64,000 nucleotides of DNA, taken from an uncultured Gemmatimonadota bacterium (GTDB lineage Bacteria; Blakebacterota; Blakebacteria; Blakebacterales; CAYUVJ01). The DNA lies in the NCBI GenBank assembly GCA_964519015.1, contig CAZFHZ010000004.1, positions 3,479 through 67,478 of the forward strand, read 5' to 3'. A program made the position numbers and the translations under genes. The notes below the pieces were generated by a model. The model did not search any database, was not told where the DNA came from, and worked only from the letters and a program-made list of their open reading frames with translations. This document shows, piece after piece, positions 1-7,914 of this stretch. Position 1 is the stretch's first letter, and each line of letters begins with the position of its first letter.

Positions 1-992
1 AGGTCCTCGAAGACCACCGTCTGGTTCTTCCCCTCCGACTTGGCCAGGTAGAGGGCGATGTCGGCATGGTTGATGAGCTCCCCCTCATCACGGGCGTCCC
101 GGGGGAAGGCGGAGACACCGATACTGACGCTGAGCGCGCCGCGCGGAAGCTGGGACTGCCCCTCCAGGTCGAGCCGTCCCATGGCTCCGCGCACACGCTC
201 GGCCACCACGGTGGCCAGGTCGATGGGGGTCTGCGGCAGGATGACGGCGAACTCCTCCCCACCGTGGCGGGCCACATCATCGATCGCCCGCACGTTGTCC
301 AGCAGCGCCCGGGCGACGGCGCGCAGGGCGAGGTCGCCGGCTGGATGTCCGAAGGAGTCGTTGTAGAACTTGAAGTCGTCGATATCGAGGATGATCAGAC
401 TCAACGGATGGGTGAACCGGCGGGCGCGGCTCACCTCACTCGTGATACGCTGTTCGAAGTGCCGGCGGTTCCCCAGCCCGGTCAGGGCATCGGTCACCGA
501 TTCTTTCTGCAGCCGTTCGATGTTCTCCAGGAAACGGTGCCGCTCCAGGTTCATGCCGGTGATCTGGGCGAGGAGCCCGGCCAACTCGAGATGTTCATGA
601 GTAAAGGGGGTTCCGTCACGACGGTCGGTCAGGTTGAGGACGGCCAGCATAGTCCCCCCCACCCCCACCGGGACCGAGAGGAAGGACCCGGTGCGGTAGC
701 GGGGGACACGGAAGCGTTCCAGCCGGGGATCGGAGGTGATGTCGGTCACCAGCAGGGGTTCACCGGTCGCCAGCACCTCTCCCGAGATGCCCGTGGCGGG
801 GTCGCTCGCCGGCCAGTGGAAGGCCCGTACCTGGAGGAGACCGCTCTCCGATCGCACGACGACCGACACCTTGTCCGCCTGCAGGATGTCCGCCGCTGCA
901 TCGACCAGGTGTTGGAGGGCGTACTCCACCGATTCGGCGGACTGGATCCGCTCGATGAAGGTACGGAGATTGCGGATAGGCTCAGATCCCAT
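1..992 (-). CDS. GAF-GGDEF diguanylate cyclase (3' end runs off window start)
   Basis: Minus-strand translation from ATG at 992 gives MGSEPIRNLRTFIERIQSAESVEYALQHL... (GAF-like) followed by ...FKFYNDSFGHPAGDLALRAVARAL...VARHGGEEFAVILPQT... i.e. canonical GGDEF/GGEEF active-site region; no stop before coordinate 1. Absent from ORF track because it is open at the window edge. Confidence 0.85.
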   Translation of the reverse strand, partial: MGSEPIRNLRTFIERIQSAESVEYALQHLVDAAADILQADKVSVVVRSESGLLQVRAFHWPASDPATGISGEVLATGEPLLVTDITSDPRLERFRVPRYRTGSFLSVPVGVGGTMLAVLNLTDRRDGTPFTHEHLELAGLLAQITGMNLERHRFLENIERLQKESVTDALTGLGNRRHFEQRITSEVSRARRFTHPLSLIILDIDDFKFYNDSFGHPAGDLALRAVARALLDNVRAIDDVARHGGEEFAVILPQTPIDLATVVAERVRGAMGRLDLEGQSQLPRGALSVSIGVSAFPRDARDEGELINHADIALYLAKSEGKNQTVVFED

Positions 993-1085
993 CGATATCG
1001 GTCATACCCCGGCAGGAATGTATTGGCACACCCAAACGATAAATCTTATCCCAGTCCGCCACCCAGGGAAAGCAGGGAGTGAAGT

Positions 1086-1880
1086 CTATCTCCAATCGGC
1101 CGGATCGGACCCTCCCCTCCGGTAGCGGTCTTCCAGCTCCCGGTCGGAGGCCCCCATCCGGTAGCGTACGCCCAGCTCCAGCCGTCGTAATACGTTGGCC
1201 AGATGCCCTTCCCGGCGGTACCGCCGTCCGCTGCTGACCACCGCTCCCTCCAGCCGGCGTCCCCATCCGCCGCGCCGCAGCCGCGCCACCAGGTCGAGGT
1301 CCTCGAACAGGGGAAGGGGGGCGTAGCCGCCGCTGTCGAGGTACCGGCGGCGGGTGACGAGCAGACCCTGATTACCCCGCGGACGGCCGGTCAGCCGGGC
1401 CTTGAGGCTGATCGCGCGTTCGATCCACCGCTCCCAGCGGGAGGGTCCGTCCAGGCGCAGGTCGAACCAGCCCCACCCGAAACCGGGATCGGTCTGCACC
1501 GCCGCGATCGCTGCGACCGCCTCCCGGGTCAACGCGGTATCGACGTGGAGGAAGAGCAGGGTGGTGATCTCCCCTTCCTCCAGCACCCGCATCGCGCCGC
1601 TCCGGAGTTGGGGACCGCGCCCCCGCGGTGCCGGGACGACGACGACCCGGATGTGCTCGAGCACGGCATCGAGCGTGCGCTGGTAACGGCGACTCATCAG
1701 GGAGGTGATGGCGTCCACGGTACCGTCGCGGCTCCCCCCGTCGGCCACCACGATGGTGCAACCCGGCAGCAGGCCGGCCAGATGGCGCAGACAGATGGTC
1801 ACCTCTCCGACCTCGTCGAGCACCGGCACGACGACGGCGAGCCAGGAGAAGGTCGTCTCAGGTCCGGTCACAGGAAACAC
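1086..1880 (-). CDS. Family-2 glycosyltransferase (TIGR04283-like)
   Basis: C-terminal 260 aa of ORF 1086..2933: SWLAVVVPVLDE...TIVVADGGSRDGT...LLFLHVDT...RPRGNQGLLVTRRRYLDSGGY...EDLDLVARLRRGG... typical GT2/TIGR04283 motifs. N-terminal 350 aa of the track ORF is low-complexity junk antisense to the DmpA gene; start set at an internal GTG (1880), start uncertain. Confidence 0.7.
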   Translation of the reverse strand: MFPVTGPETTFSWLAVVVPVLDEVGEVTICLRHLAGLLPGCTIVVADGGSRDGTVDAITSLMSRRYQRTLDAVLEHIRVVVVPAPRGRGPQLRSGAMRVLEEGEITTLLFLHVDTALTREAVAAIAAVQTDPGFGWGWFDLRLDGPSRWERWIERAISLKARLTGRPRGNQGLLVTRRRYLDSGGYAPLPLFEDLDLVARLRRGGWGRRLEGAVVSSGRRYRREGHLANVLRRLELGVRYRMGASDRELEDRYRRGGSDPADWR

Positions 1881-2025
1881 TCCCGCGCGCAGAGCGGTCC
1901 GCCCGCCCACAACGGGCGTGTTCGGAGGATACCTGCCGCCCGCCGGTACCGTCCACACCCCTCTGAGTGAGGCAGAGGCGGGACCGGTTGCCCTCCGGAG
2001 GCGACGGTTGGTAGGATGCCGGTAG

Positions 2026-3222
2026 ATGAAGACACGGATCCGTTCCCTCACTCCGGCGCTCCTGCTGCCGGTCCTACTCCTGGCGGCCCCGACCCTGGCC
2101 CAGCGTCCCGAGGCCTCCGTCCGCCCGCGCGCCCGTGATCTGGGCGTGGTCATCGGACGGTTGCCGACCGGTCCCGACAACGCCCTCACCGACGTGGCGG
2201 GCACCCGCGTTGGCCAGGTCACCCTCTGGGAGGGGGAAGGGGTACGCACCGGGGTCACCGCGATCCTCCCCCATCCCGGGGAGGTCTTCTGGGACAAGGT
2301 CCCGGGGGCCGTGGTGGTGGGGAACGGTTTCGGGAAGCTGGCCGGCTCCACCCAGGTGATGGAATTGGGCACCATCGAGACCCCCATCCTGCTCTGCGGG
2401 ACCCTGAACGTCCCCCGGGTGGCCGATGCCCTACTCAGCTGGATGATGGCGCGGCCCGGTCTTGAAGGGGTGCGTTCGATCAACCCGCTGGTGGGGGAGA
2501 CCAACGACGGCGGCCTCAGCGACATCCGGCGGCGGCCGGTGGGGGAGCGGGAGGTCTTCGCCGCCCTGGAGGGCGCCCACCCGGGTCCGATCGAGGAGGG
2601 ATGTGTCGGGGCCGGGACCGGCACCCAGGCCCTGGGCTTCAAGGGTGGGATCGGCACCAGCAGCCGGACGGTTGAGGTGGGTGGGATCGGCACCTGCATG
2701 GTCGGGGTGCTGGTCCAATCCAACTTCGGCGGTTCCCTCCAGGTCAACGGTGCCCCGGTCGGGACCGAGATCCGGCGCCGCCTGCGCATCCCCGCGGATC
2801 TGGGTCCGGGAGCCGATTCCGATGACGGCTCCTGCATGATCGTGGTGGCCACCGATGCGCCCCTGGAGGCGCACAACCTGCGCCGGCTGGCGGCCCGGGC
2901 CCTGGTCGGACTGGGCCGATCCGGTTCGAACATGAGTAACGGTTCGGGGGACTACGTCATCGCCTTCTCGACCGCGGAGAGTGTCCGGGTGCACAGCCGC
3001 CAGGGAGATCGGGTCCGTCCGGGACCCTACCTGGGCAACGACGCGGTGAGCGGCCTGTTCGAAGCCGTCATGGAAGCGACCGAGGAGGCGATCCTCAACT
3101 CCCTGCTCAAGGCCGTCGATGTGACCGGGTTGGGGGGCCGGACCGCCCGCGCTATTCCCATCGACCTCTTCGTCGAGGTCTGTCGCGACTACCATGTCAT
3201 CCCGCCCGTCCCTCCGCGTTGA
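2026..3222 (+). CDS. DmpA/S58 family peptidase (L-aminopeptidase/D-Ala esterase-like), secreted
   Basis: Signal peptide MKTRIRSLTPALLLPVLLLAAPTLAQ; TGVTAILPHPG...VVVGNGFGK...GAGTGTQALGFKGGIGTSSR... matches DmpA/OAT Ntn-hydrolase fold. Confidence 0.75.
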   Translation: MKTRIRSLTPALLLPVLLLAAPTLAQRPEASVRPRARDLGVVIGRLPTGPDNALTDVAGTRVGQVTLWEGEGVRTGVTAILPHPGEVFWDKVPGAVVVGNGFGKLAGSTQVMELGTIETPILLCGTLNVPRVADALLSWMMARPGLEGVRSINPLVGETNDGGLSDIRRRPVGEREVFAALEGAHPGPIEEGCVGAGTGTQALGFKGGIGTSSRTVEVGGIGTCMVGVLVQSNFGGSLQVNGAPVGTEIRRRLRIPADLGPGADSDDGSCMIVVATDAPLEAHNLRRLAARALVGLGRSGSNMSNGSGDYVIAFSTAESVRVHSRQGDRVRPGPYLGNDAVSGLFEAVMEATEEAILNSLLKAVDVTGLGGRTARAIPIDLFVEVCRDYHVIPPVPPR

Positions 3223-3264
3223 CGGGCCGGGGACCCCTGTCGAGAGTCGGAGGAGGTTCGTGAG

Positions 3265-4332
3265 ATGAGCGATCGCGTCAGCCGACGGCGCTTCCTGGAG
3301 CGGACCGCCGGGGCCACGGCCGGGGCCGCCTTCATGGGAGGGGTGCCCAACCTCAATCTGCGCTATCCCCTCGGATCGCCACCCGGATTGCCGTTAGTGC
3401 TCTGTTCGGGGCGCAAGACCTGGGCCGCTGACGCCGCCTGGGCGGTCCTCAGGGACGGGGGGGAGGCACTCGACGCCGTGCATGCCGGTGCCATGGCCGC
3501 CGAGGTCTACCCGAACGACACCAGTGTGGGGGTGGGAGGACTGCCCAACGAAGAGGGGGTCGTCCAGCTCGACTGCACCATCATGGACGGACTTTCCATG
3601 AACTGCGGCGCGGTCGGCTGTCTGGAAGGGATCGAGCACCCCTCCACGGTCGCCCGCTGGGTGATGGAGCGGACCGATCACATCATGCTGGTCGGCCGGG
3701 GAGCGCAGGCGTTCGCGCTCAAGATGGGACTGAAGGTCACCGACATCTCCGGTGAGGCGAGCCGTTCCTGGTACCAGCGCTGGGTCGGCGAGCGGAGCGC
3801 CACCGACGACTGGCTCAACGCCGAGGAGAGCGCCCGGAAGATGAAGCGGCCCCTCCCTCCCAGCGAGCAGGGGCGCCGCCGGCGTGAGCTGGAACGGACC
3901 TACGGCACGATCAACGTGCTGGCCGTGGATACCCGGGGGAACGTGGCCGGCTGTACCACCACTTCCGGACTGAGCGGCAAGATCCCGGGGCGATGCGGCG
4001 ATTCCCCCATCATCGGGGCAGGCCTCTACGTGCTGCGGGGCGTGGGTGCGGCGGGTTTCACCGGACGGGGTGAAGAGGTCATCCGGGTGTGCGGCTCTTT
4101 CACCGTCTGCGAGGGGATGCGCCGGGGGATGACCCCGACCGAAGCCAGCCGGGAGGCGATCCGGCGCATGGTCGAGGAGACCAACGACGGACAGGCGGAC
4201 TTCAGCGACAACGCGGTGGCCATCAACGCCCGGGGGGAGTGGGGCTCCTTCACCGTCACGCCCGGCTACACCTACACCATCCACAACAACGACGGGCAGC
4301 AGTTCGTGACCGCGGACGCCTGGCGGGAGTAG
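3265..4332 (+). CDS. Isoaspartyl peptidase/L-asparaginase (glycosylasparaginase-type Ntn hydrolase), Tat-exported
   Basis: Twin-arginine motif SRRRFLERTAGATAGAAF; autoproteolytic site region ...RTYGTINVLAVDTRGNVAGCTTTSGLSGKIPGRCGDSPIIGAGLY typical of asparaginase_2 family. Confidence 0.8.
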   Translation: MSDRVSRRRFLERTAGATAGAAFMGGVPNLNLRYPLGSPPGLPLVLCSGRKTWAADAAWAVLRDGGEALDAVHAGAMAAEVYPNDTSVGVGGLPNEEGVVQLDCTIMDGLSMNCGAVGCLEGIEHPSTVARWVMERTDHIMLVGRGAQAFALKMGLKVTDISGEASRSWYQRWVGERSATDDWLNAEESARKMKRPLPPSEQGRRRRELERTYGTINVLAVDTRGNVAGCTTTSGLSGKIPGRCGDSPIIGAGLYVLRGVGAAGFTGRGEEVIRVCGSFTVCEGMRRGMTPTEASREAIRRMVEETNDGQADFSDNAVAINARGEWGSFTVTPGYTYTIHNNDGQQFVTADAWRE

Positions 4333-4356
4333 CCCGCTCCGGCCAGCCGATACGCG

Positions 4357-4381
4357 AAGGCCCCGGGGTGACCGGGGCCTT
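4357..4381. terminator. GC hairpin between convergent genes (10-bp perfect stem AAGGCCCCGG/CCGGGGCCTT, 5-nt loop)
   Basis: Sequence gaaggccccggggtgaccggggccttcgtc directly downstream of asparaginase stop (4332) and of the minus-strand repeat protein stop (4406); weak U-tract (ttcgtc) on plus side. Confidence 0.5.
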
Positions 4382-4405
4382 CGTCGCAGGTGACCGGGGG
4401 GCGGT

Positions 4406-6370
4406 TCAGCCGACCGCTCCCCACGGCGGGAGCAGCCGCTCCAGCAACGAGGGGGGCTTCAAATAGCGTTCGGCCAGCCGGTCGGCGCGCTCCGGGTCGA
4501 TCTTGCGGACCACCGCGATGGCGTCCCGGATCGTATCCCGGTTCCAGTCACCGAACCGCCGCTGGCGCGACTGGAGGATGATGACATCCTCCATCGCATC
4601 GACGATCCGCGTCTTCAGCCGGGCGTCCGCTCCGGGCAGGAGGGCTCTTCCGGCCCCGATCCGGGCCGTGGAGGAGAACGCCTCCGCTTCCATCACCCGC
4701 AGGTAGGCATCGGCGACCCGGCGATCGCGTCCCACCCAGGGATCGAGCCGTTCCATGACCGCCAGGAGGACCGAAGTGGAACGCCCGCGCTCCAGAGCGC
4801 CGAGCAGGGTGGTCCGCACCCCTTCATCGGACACCAGGGGACCGAGACTCTCGACCGCCTCGAGCTGCACGCTGGTGGAGTTCTGACTCCGGAGCGCCTC
4901 ACCCAGGACCGCCCGCACCCGGGGATCGTCACGGTAGGGGACCAGTTGCTTCACCACCGCCAGCTGGACGCTGGTCGAAGTCCCCCCTTCGGCCAGCAGG
5001 CGGGTCAGCGCGACCCGGACCTGCTCCTGCCCGGTGTGGGCGGAAGCCAGTTGGACCGCCTTGAGCTGTACGCTGGTACTGTTCCGTGGGCTCAGCGCCT
5101 CGGCCAGGGCGGCCGGACCGGAAGGGGTCTTCAGGTGGCGGGCGAGCGCATCGATCGCCTCCAGCTGCACCGAAGAGGAGATCCCGCCGGCGCGGAAGAG
5201 TTCCAGCAGGGCGGCGGCCGAGGACTCCTCGTCCCTGCCCGTGGCCAGGGCGCGCACGGCCTCGAGCTGGACCGAGGAGGAAGTCGGACCGGTCAGACCG
5301 ACCCGGGCGGTGGCGCGCACCTCGGCGACCGAGGAGGTCCGGGCGATCCGCATGGCGGCCGCCTGGACGCTCGAGGAGTTCCCGGTCCGGGCCGCGGCGG
5401 CCAGGATCGGCACGATGGCCGGGTCATCCTTGCGGGCCTCCAGGACCGAGAGGATCTTGAGCTGGACCGAAGCAGAGACGTTGCCCTCCATGACCCGGCG
5501 CACCGCGTCGATCGCTTCGGGTTCGAGCATCCTGACCCCGAGTGCCTCCGCCGCCGCCAGCTGGACCGAACTCGAGGTGTTCGGGCGCAGCGCCCGGGCC
5601 AGGGCGGTCCGCACCACCCCTTCCCCGACCTGCCGGGAGAGGACCTCGATCGCCTTGAGCTGCACGCTCGCGGAGTTCTCCTCCTCCAGCAGGCGACCGG
5701 CGCCGGCCGCCACCTCGGATCGGGCGGCCACCGGGGTGAGGACCTCGAGCGCCTTGAGCTGCACGCTGGTCGAGTGTCCCGGCTCCAGCGCCGAGAGGAT
5801 GAGGCGTCGGGCCACGTTCTCCTGCAGGCGATCGCTCAGCACCGTCACCAGCTCGAGCTGACGGCTGGTGCTCTCCCGGCGCATGATCTCCTCCAGGACC
5901 GCCTCGGCCGTCAGGTCTCCCCGGCGGGCCAGCGACATGGCCACCTCGCGGCGCATCTCCCAGGAGAGTCCCGATTCGAGCAGGTTCTCCAACGCCCCCG
6001 CATAGGCGGGATCCCGCCCCGCCCCCATGAGCGCGACCTGCCGCTCACGGGCGCTGGCGGCCCGGGTCGAGTCGGGCCAGCGCCGGAGCAGCTCGGCGTA
6101 GGCGGCCACCGCCTGGTCGTTCCGACCCAGCCGTTCCAGCACATACCCGGTGTAGAACTGCGCGTCGTCCGCCTCCGCGCTCTCCGGCATCTCGGTCACG
6201 ACCCGGCGAAACCCGGTCAGGGCGGCTTCGTAGCGTTCCTCGATCAGGTCCTCGCGGGCCTTCAGATAGACCGCCCGGGCGTCCTGCTGGGCACCCGCGA
6301 TCAGCGGCGCCACCAGCACGAATACCGCGACGACCGGGCCGAGCCCTCGCTTCATCATCCGCGTCATCAC
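4406..6370 (-). CDS. Secreted TPR + HEAT-like tandem-repeat protein (about 13 x 33-aa repeats with S(S/T)SVQLxAxxxL core)
   Basis: Signal peptide MMTRMMKRGLGPVVAVFVLVAPLIAGAQQ; N-terminal TPR-like region (YbgF-like); then repeats STSVQLKALEVL / ASVQLKAIEVL / SSVQLAAAEAL / STSVQLEAVESL ... every about 33 aa; DNA shows matching 99-100 bp periodicity (CTNGAGCTGNACNSNNG motif at 4954,5054,5160,5265,5358,5455,5558,5654,5752,5855). ATG overlaps the anti-sigma stop (ATGA at 6367-6370). Confidence 0.7.
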   Translation of the reverse strand: MMTRMMKRGLGPVVAVFVLVAPLIAGAQQDARAVYLKAREDLIEERYEAALTGFRRVVTEMPESAEADDAQFYTGYVLERLGRNDQAVAAYAELLRRWPDSTRAASARERQVALMGAGRDPAYAGALENLLESGLSWEMRREVAMSLARRGDLTAEAVLEEIMRRESTSRQLELVTVLSDRLQENVARRLILSALEPGHSTSVQLKALEVLTPVAARSEVAAGAGRLLEEENSASVQLKAIEVLSRQVGEGVVRTALARALRPNTSSSVQLAAAEALGVRMLEPEAIDAVRRVMEGNVSASVQLKILSVLEARKDDPAIVPILAAAARTGNSSSVQAAAMRIARTSSVAEVRATARVGLTGPTSSSVQLEAVRALATGRDEESSAAALLELFRAGGISSSVQLEAIDALARHLKTPSGPAALAEALSPRNSTSVQLKAVQLASAHTGQEQVRVALTRLLAEGGTSTSVQLAVVKQLVPYRDDPRVRAVLGEALRSQNSTSVQLEAVESLGPLVSDEGVRTTLLGALERGRSTSVLLAVMERLDPWVGRDRRVADAYLRVMEAEAFSSTARIGAGRALLPGADARLKTRIVDAMEDVIILQSRQRRFGDWNRDTIRDAIAVVRKIDPERADRLAERYLKPPSLLERLLPPWGAVG

Positions 6371-7239
6371 CTCGACTCCTCCCGGATGGACTCGCCATCC
6401 CTCCCGTTCCAGCCCCCCTGCCTCCGCGCTTCGGCGATGGCGGTGGTCAGCCGTCGTTCCAGGTCCCCTTCCCCCAACCGCTGCCGCGCGACCAGTTCCC
6501 GCACCAGGACCAGGTCGGGACCCGGTTCGGCGGCCAGGGCAGCGATCTCCTCGAGCAGCAGTTCCGCCTTCCGTATCCCCGCCAGCAGACCGGCGTCCCG
6601 TTCGGGATCGAGGTCGCGGCGCAGCAAGGCCGCCTGGCGGACCAGTTCTCGCGCCCGTTCCCGCACCGCCTCCCGTTCGGCCAATCCGCCCCCCGAGACC
6701 TCGAAGGTCATCACCCCGGTGACCATCTCACTCAGTCCGTGCGCGAAACCCAGACCCGCATCGGTCAGCAGGTCGGCTCGCACCAGGGCCGCCACCGCCG
6801 CCGGGTCCGGGGCGGTTTCCCGGGGTCCTTCCCCGACCGGACCGGGACCGACCGTTCCGTATCCGGCCAGCCGTCCGATCCCGATCCCGGCCCCCAGCAG
6901 CAGCACGGCGGCCGCCGCCCGCGGCCACCAGACGGGACCCGACCGGCGGCGACCTTCTCCGGCGAACGGACCGAGACGGTTCTGCAGGGCCCGCCAGGCC
7001 CGGATCTGCTGCCCGGTCTCTTCCACTCCGGTCGGGGCCGGCCAGGGCAGGGGCGCCTCCGAACAGGCACCCAGTGCCTTCCGGCCCCGGCTGGCCCAGA
7101 CCATCGCCCGGCGACAGCCGGGGCAGCTCGCCAGGTGCTCCCGGGCCGCGGCTTCCCGCTCCCCTCCCAACTCGCCGGCCAGCAGCGCTTCCAGCTCCGG
7201 CTCCCAGGCGGGACAGGCGTTGTTCGTGTCCTTTTCCAT
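6367..7239 (-). CDS. Zinc-finger (zf-HC2) transmembrane anti-sigma factor
   Basis: Internal ATG at 7239: MEKDTNNACPAWEPELEALLAGELGGEREAAAREHLASCPGCRRAM (H-x3-C-x2-C ZAS motif), single TM segment WWPRAAAAVLLLGAGIGIG; ORF-track N-terminal extension overlaps sigma gene and was trimmed. Lies 6 bp after sigma stop. Confidence 0.7.
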   Translation of the reverse strand: MEKDTNNACPAWEPELEALLAGELGGEREAAAREHLASCPGCRRAMVWASRGRKALGACSEAPLPWPAPTGVEETGQQIRAWRALQNRLGPFAGEGRRRSGPVWWPRAAAAVLLLGAGIGIGRLAGYGTVGPGPVGEGPRETAPDPAAVAALVRADLLTDAGLGFAHGLSEMVTGVMTFEVSGGGLAEREAVRERARELVRQAALLRRDLDPERDAGLLAGIRKAELLLEEIAALAAEPGPDLVLVRELVARQRLGEGDLERRLTTAIAEARRQGGWNGRDGESIREESR

Positions 7240-7244
7240 CCGGT

Positions 7245-7817
7245 TCACACCCCCTCGAGCAATTCGTTGTCCAGCCAGGTCCCCAGCTTGCGCAGTCCAC
7301 GGAAGACCTGGGTACGCGCGGTGACCTCCTCGCAGCCCAGGACCTCGGCCACCTGGCGCAACGACAGACCATCGAAGTAGCGCAGCACGACCGCGGCCCG
7401 CTGCCCATCGGGCAGGCGGTCCAGCGCCACCCGGACCGCGCCGGCCCGCTCCCGGGCGGCCAGCCGGTCGAGTACCGGCTCGGTCCCACCCCCGGCGGAG
7501 AAGACCTGGCCGCTCCACGAATGGTGCAGCCGCTGCTTGCGCTGTCGATGGCGCCGCACCTCGATGGCCCGGTTGACCGCGATCCGCTTCAGCCAGGGGA
7601 AGAAGCGATCGCCGTCGCTCAACCGGGAGAGCGCCTCCAGGGCCGAGAGGAAGGCCTCCTGGACCGTATCCTCGGCCGCCGCCCGATCCCCGTTCAGGAT
7701 CCCGGCGACCAGGCGCACGGTCGGCTCGAAATAGCGCCGGTGCAGCACGCCGTATCCCTCCAGGTCCCCGGCCAGGACCTGTTCCACGCAGCTGCGGTCT
7801 GTCGTCAGGGTCGTCAT
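7245..7817 (-). CDS. ECF-type RNA polymerase sigma-70 family factor
   Basis: From internal ATG 7817: MTTLTTDRSCVEQVLAGDLEGYGVLHRRYFEPTVRLVAGIL... region 2, and ...DGQRAAVVLRYFDGLSLRQVAEVLGCEEVTARTQVFRGLRKL region 4 HTH. Confidence 0.8.
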   Translation of the reverse strand: MTTLTTDRSCVEQVLAGDLEGYGVLHRRYFEPTVRLVAGILNGDRAAAEDTVQEAFLSALEALSRLSDGDRFFPWLKRIAVNRAIEVRRHRQRKQRLHHSWSGQVFSAGGGTEPVLDRLAARERAGAVRVALDRLPDGQRAAVVLRYFDGLSLRQVAEVLGCEEVTARTQVFRGLRKLGTWLDNELLEGV

Positions 7818-7861
7818 GGGTCTCCGCAGATAGAGTCGGAGCGGACCCTCCGATTGTTGCA

Positions 7862-7890
7862 CGAAAAAAGGCCCCGCGCGGGGGCCTTCC
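7862..7890 (-). terminator. Rho-independent terminator downstream of TolC-family gene
   Basis: Minus-strand reads aaGGCCCCCGCGCGGGGCCttttttcgtg: GC stem-loop followed by T6 run immediately after stop at 7915. Confidence 0.7.
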
Positions 7891-7914
7891 TCCGCCGGCC
7901 GACGCCGGAGCGGC

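Noticed and set aside
1022-1037. TGGCAC hexamer suggesting a sigma-54 -24 element
   Set aside because: No TTGC(A/T) -12 element follows at the correct spacing, and on the plus strand it would point into the 3' end of a minus-strand gene. A cursory scan found no convincing GG-N10-GC promoter elsewhere, and no bEBP gene is in the window.
66-1082. 338-aa plus-strand ORF at the window start
   Set aside because: It lies antisense to a clear GAF-GGDEF gene (GGEEF motif on the minus strand). Its composition is low-complexity (Gly/Arg/Asp/Pro-rich) and it has no recognisable domain. This is the typical high-GC antisense artefact.
1881-2933. N-terminal extensions of track ORFs (1086..2933, 9503..11080, 24829..25548, 40064..41125, 43398..44549, 46262..47158, 50946..52832, 6367..7518, 7245..8033)
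   Set aside because: The extended parts overlap the upstream gene in another frame, carry no domain signal, and conserved family N-termini begin at internal ATG or GTG codons. The genes were trimmed accordingly.
4946-7324. 792-aa plus-strand ORF, plus similar long antisense ORFs at 1203..1970(+), 19687..21390(+), 20567..22513(-), 23044..24618(-), 44491..46302(+), 53440..55008(+), 56421..58157(+), 57967..59916(+) and 61720..63846(+)
   Set aside because: Each lies opposite a gene with strong family signatures (HEAT protein/anti-sigma, permease, GH2, rpoN, pyrG, uvrD, LysM, PP2C). Their proteins are Arg/Gly/Pro/His-rich with no motifs. This is expected from GC3-driven stop-codon depletion on the antisense strand.
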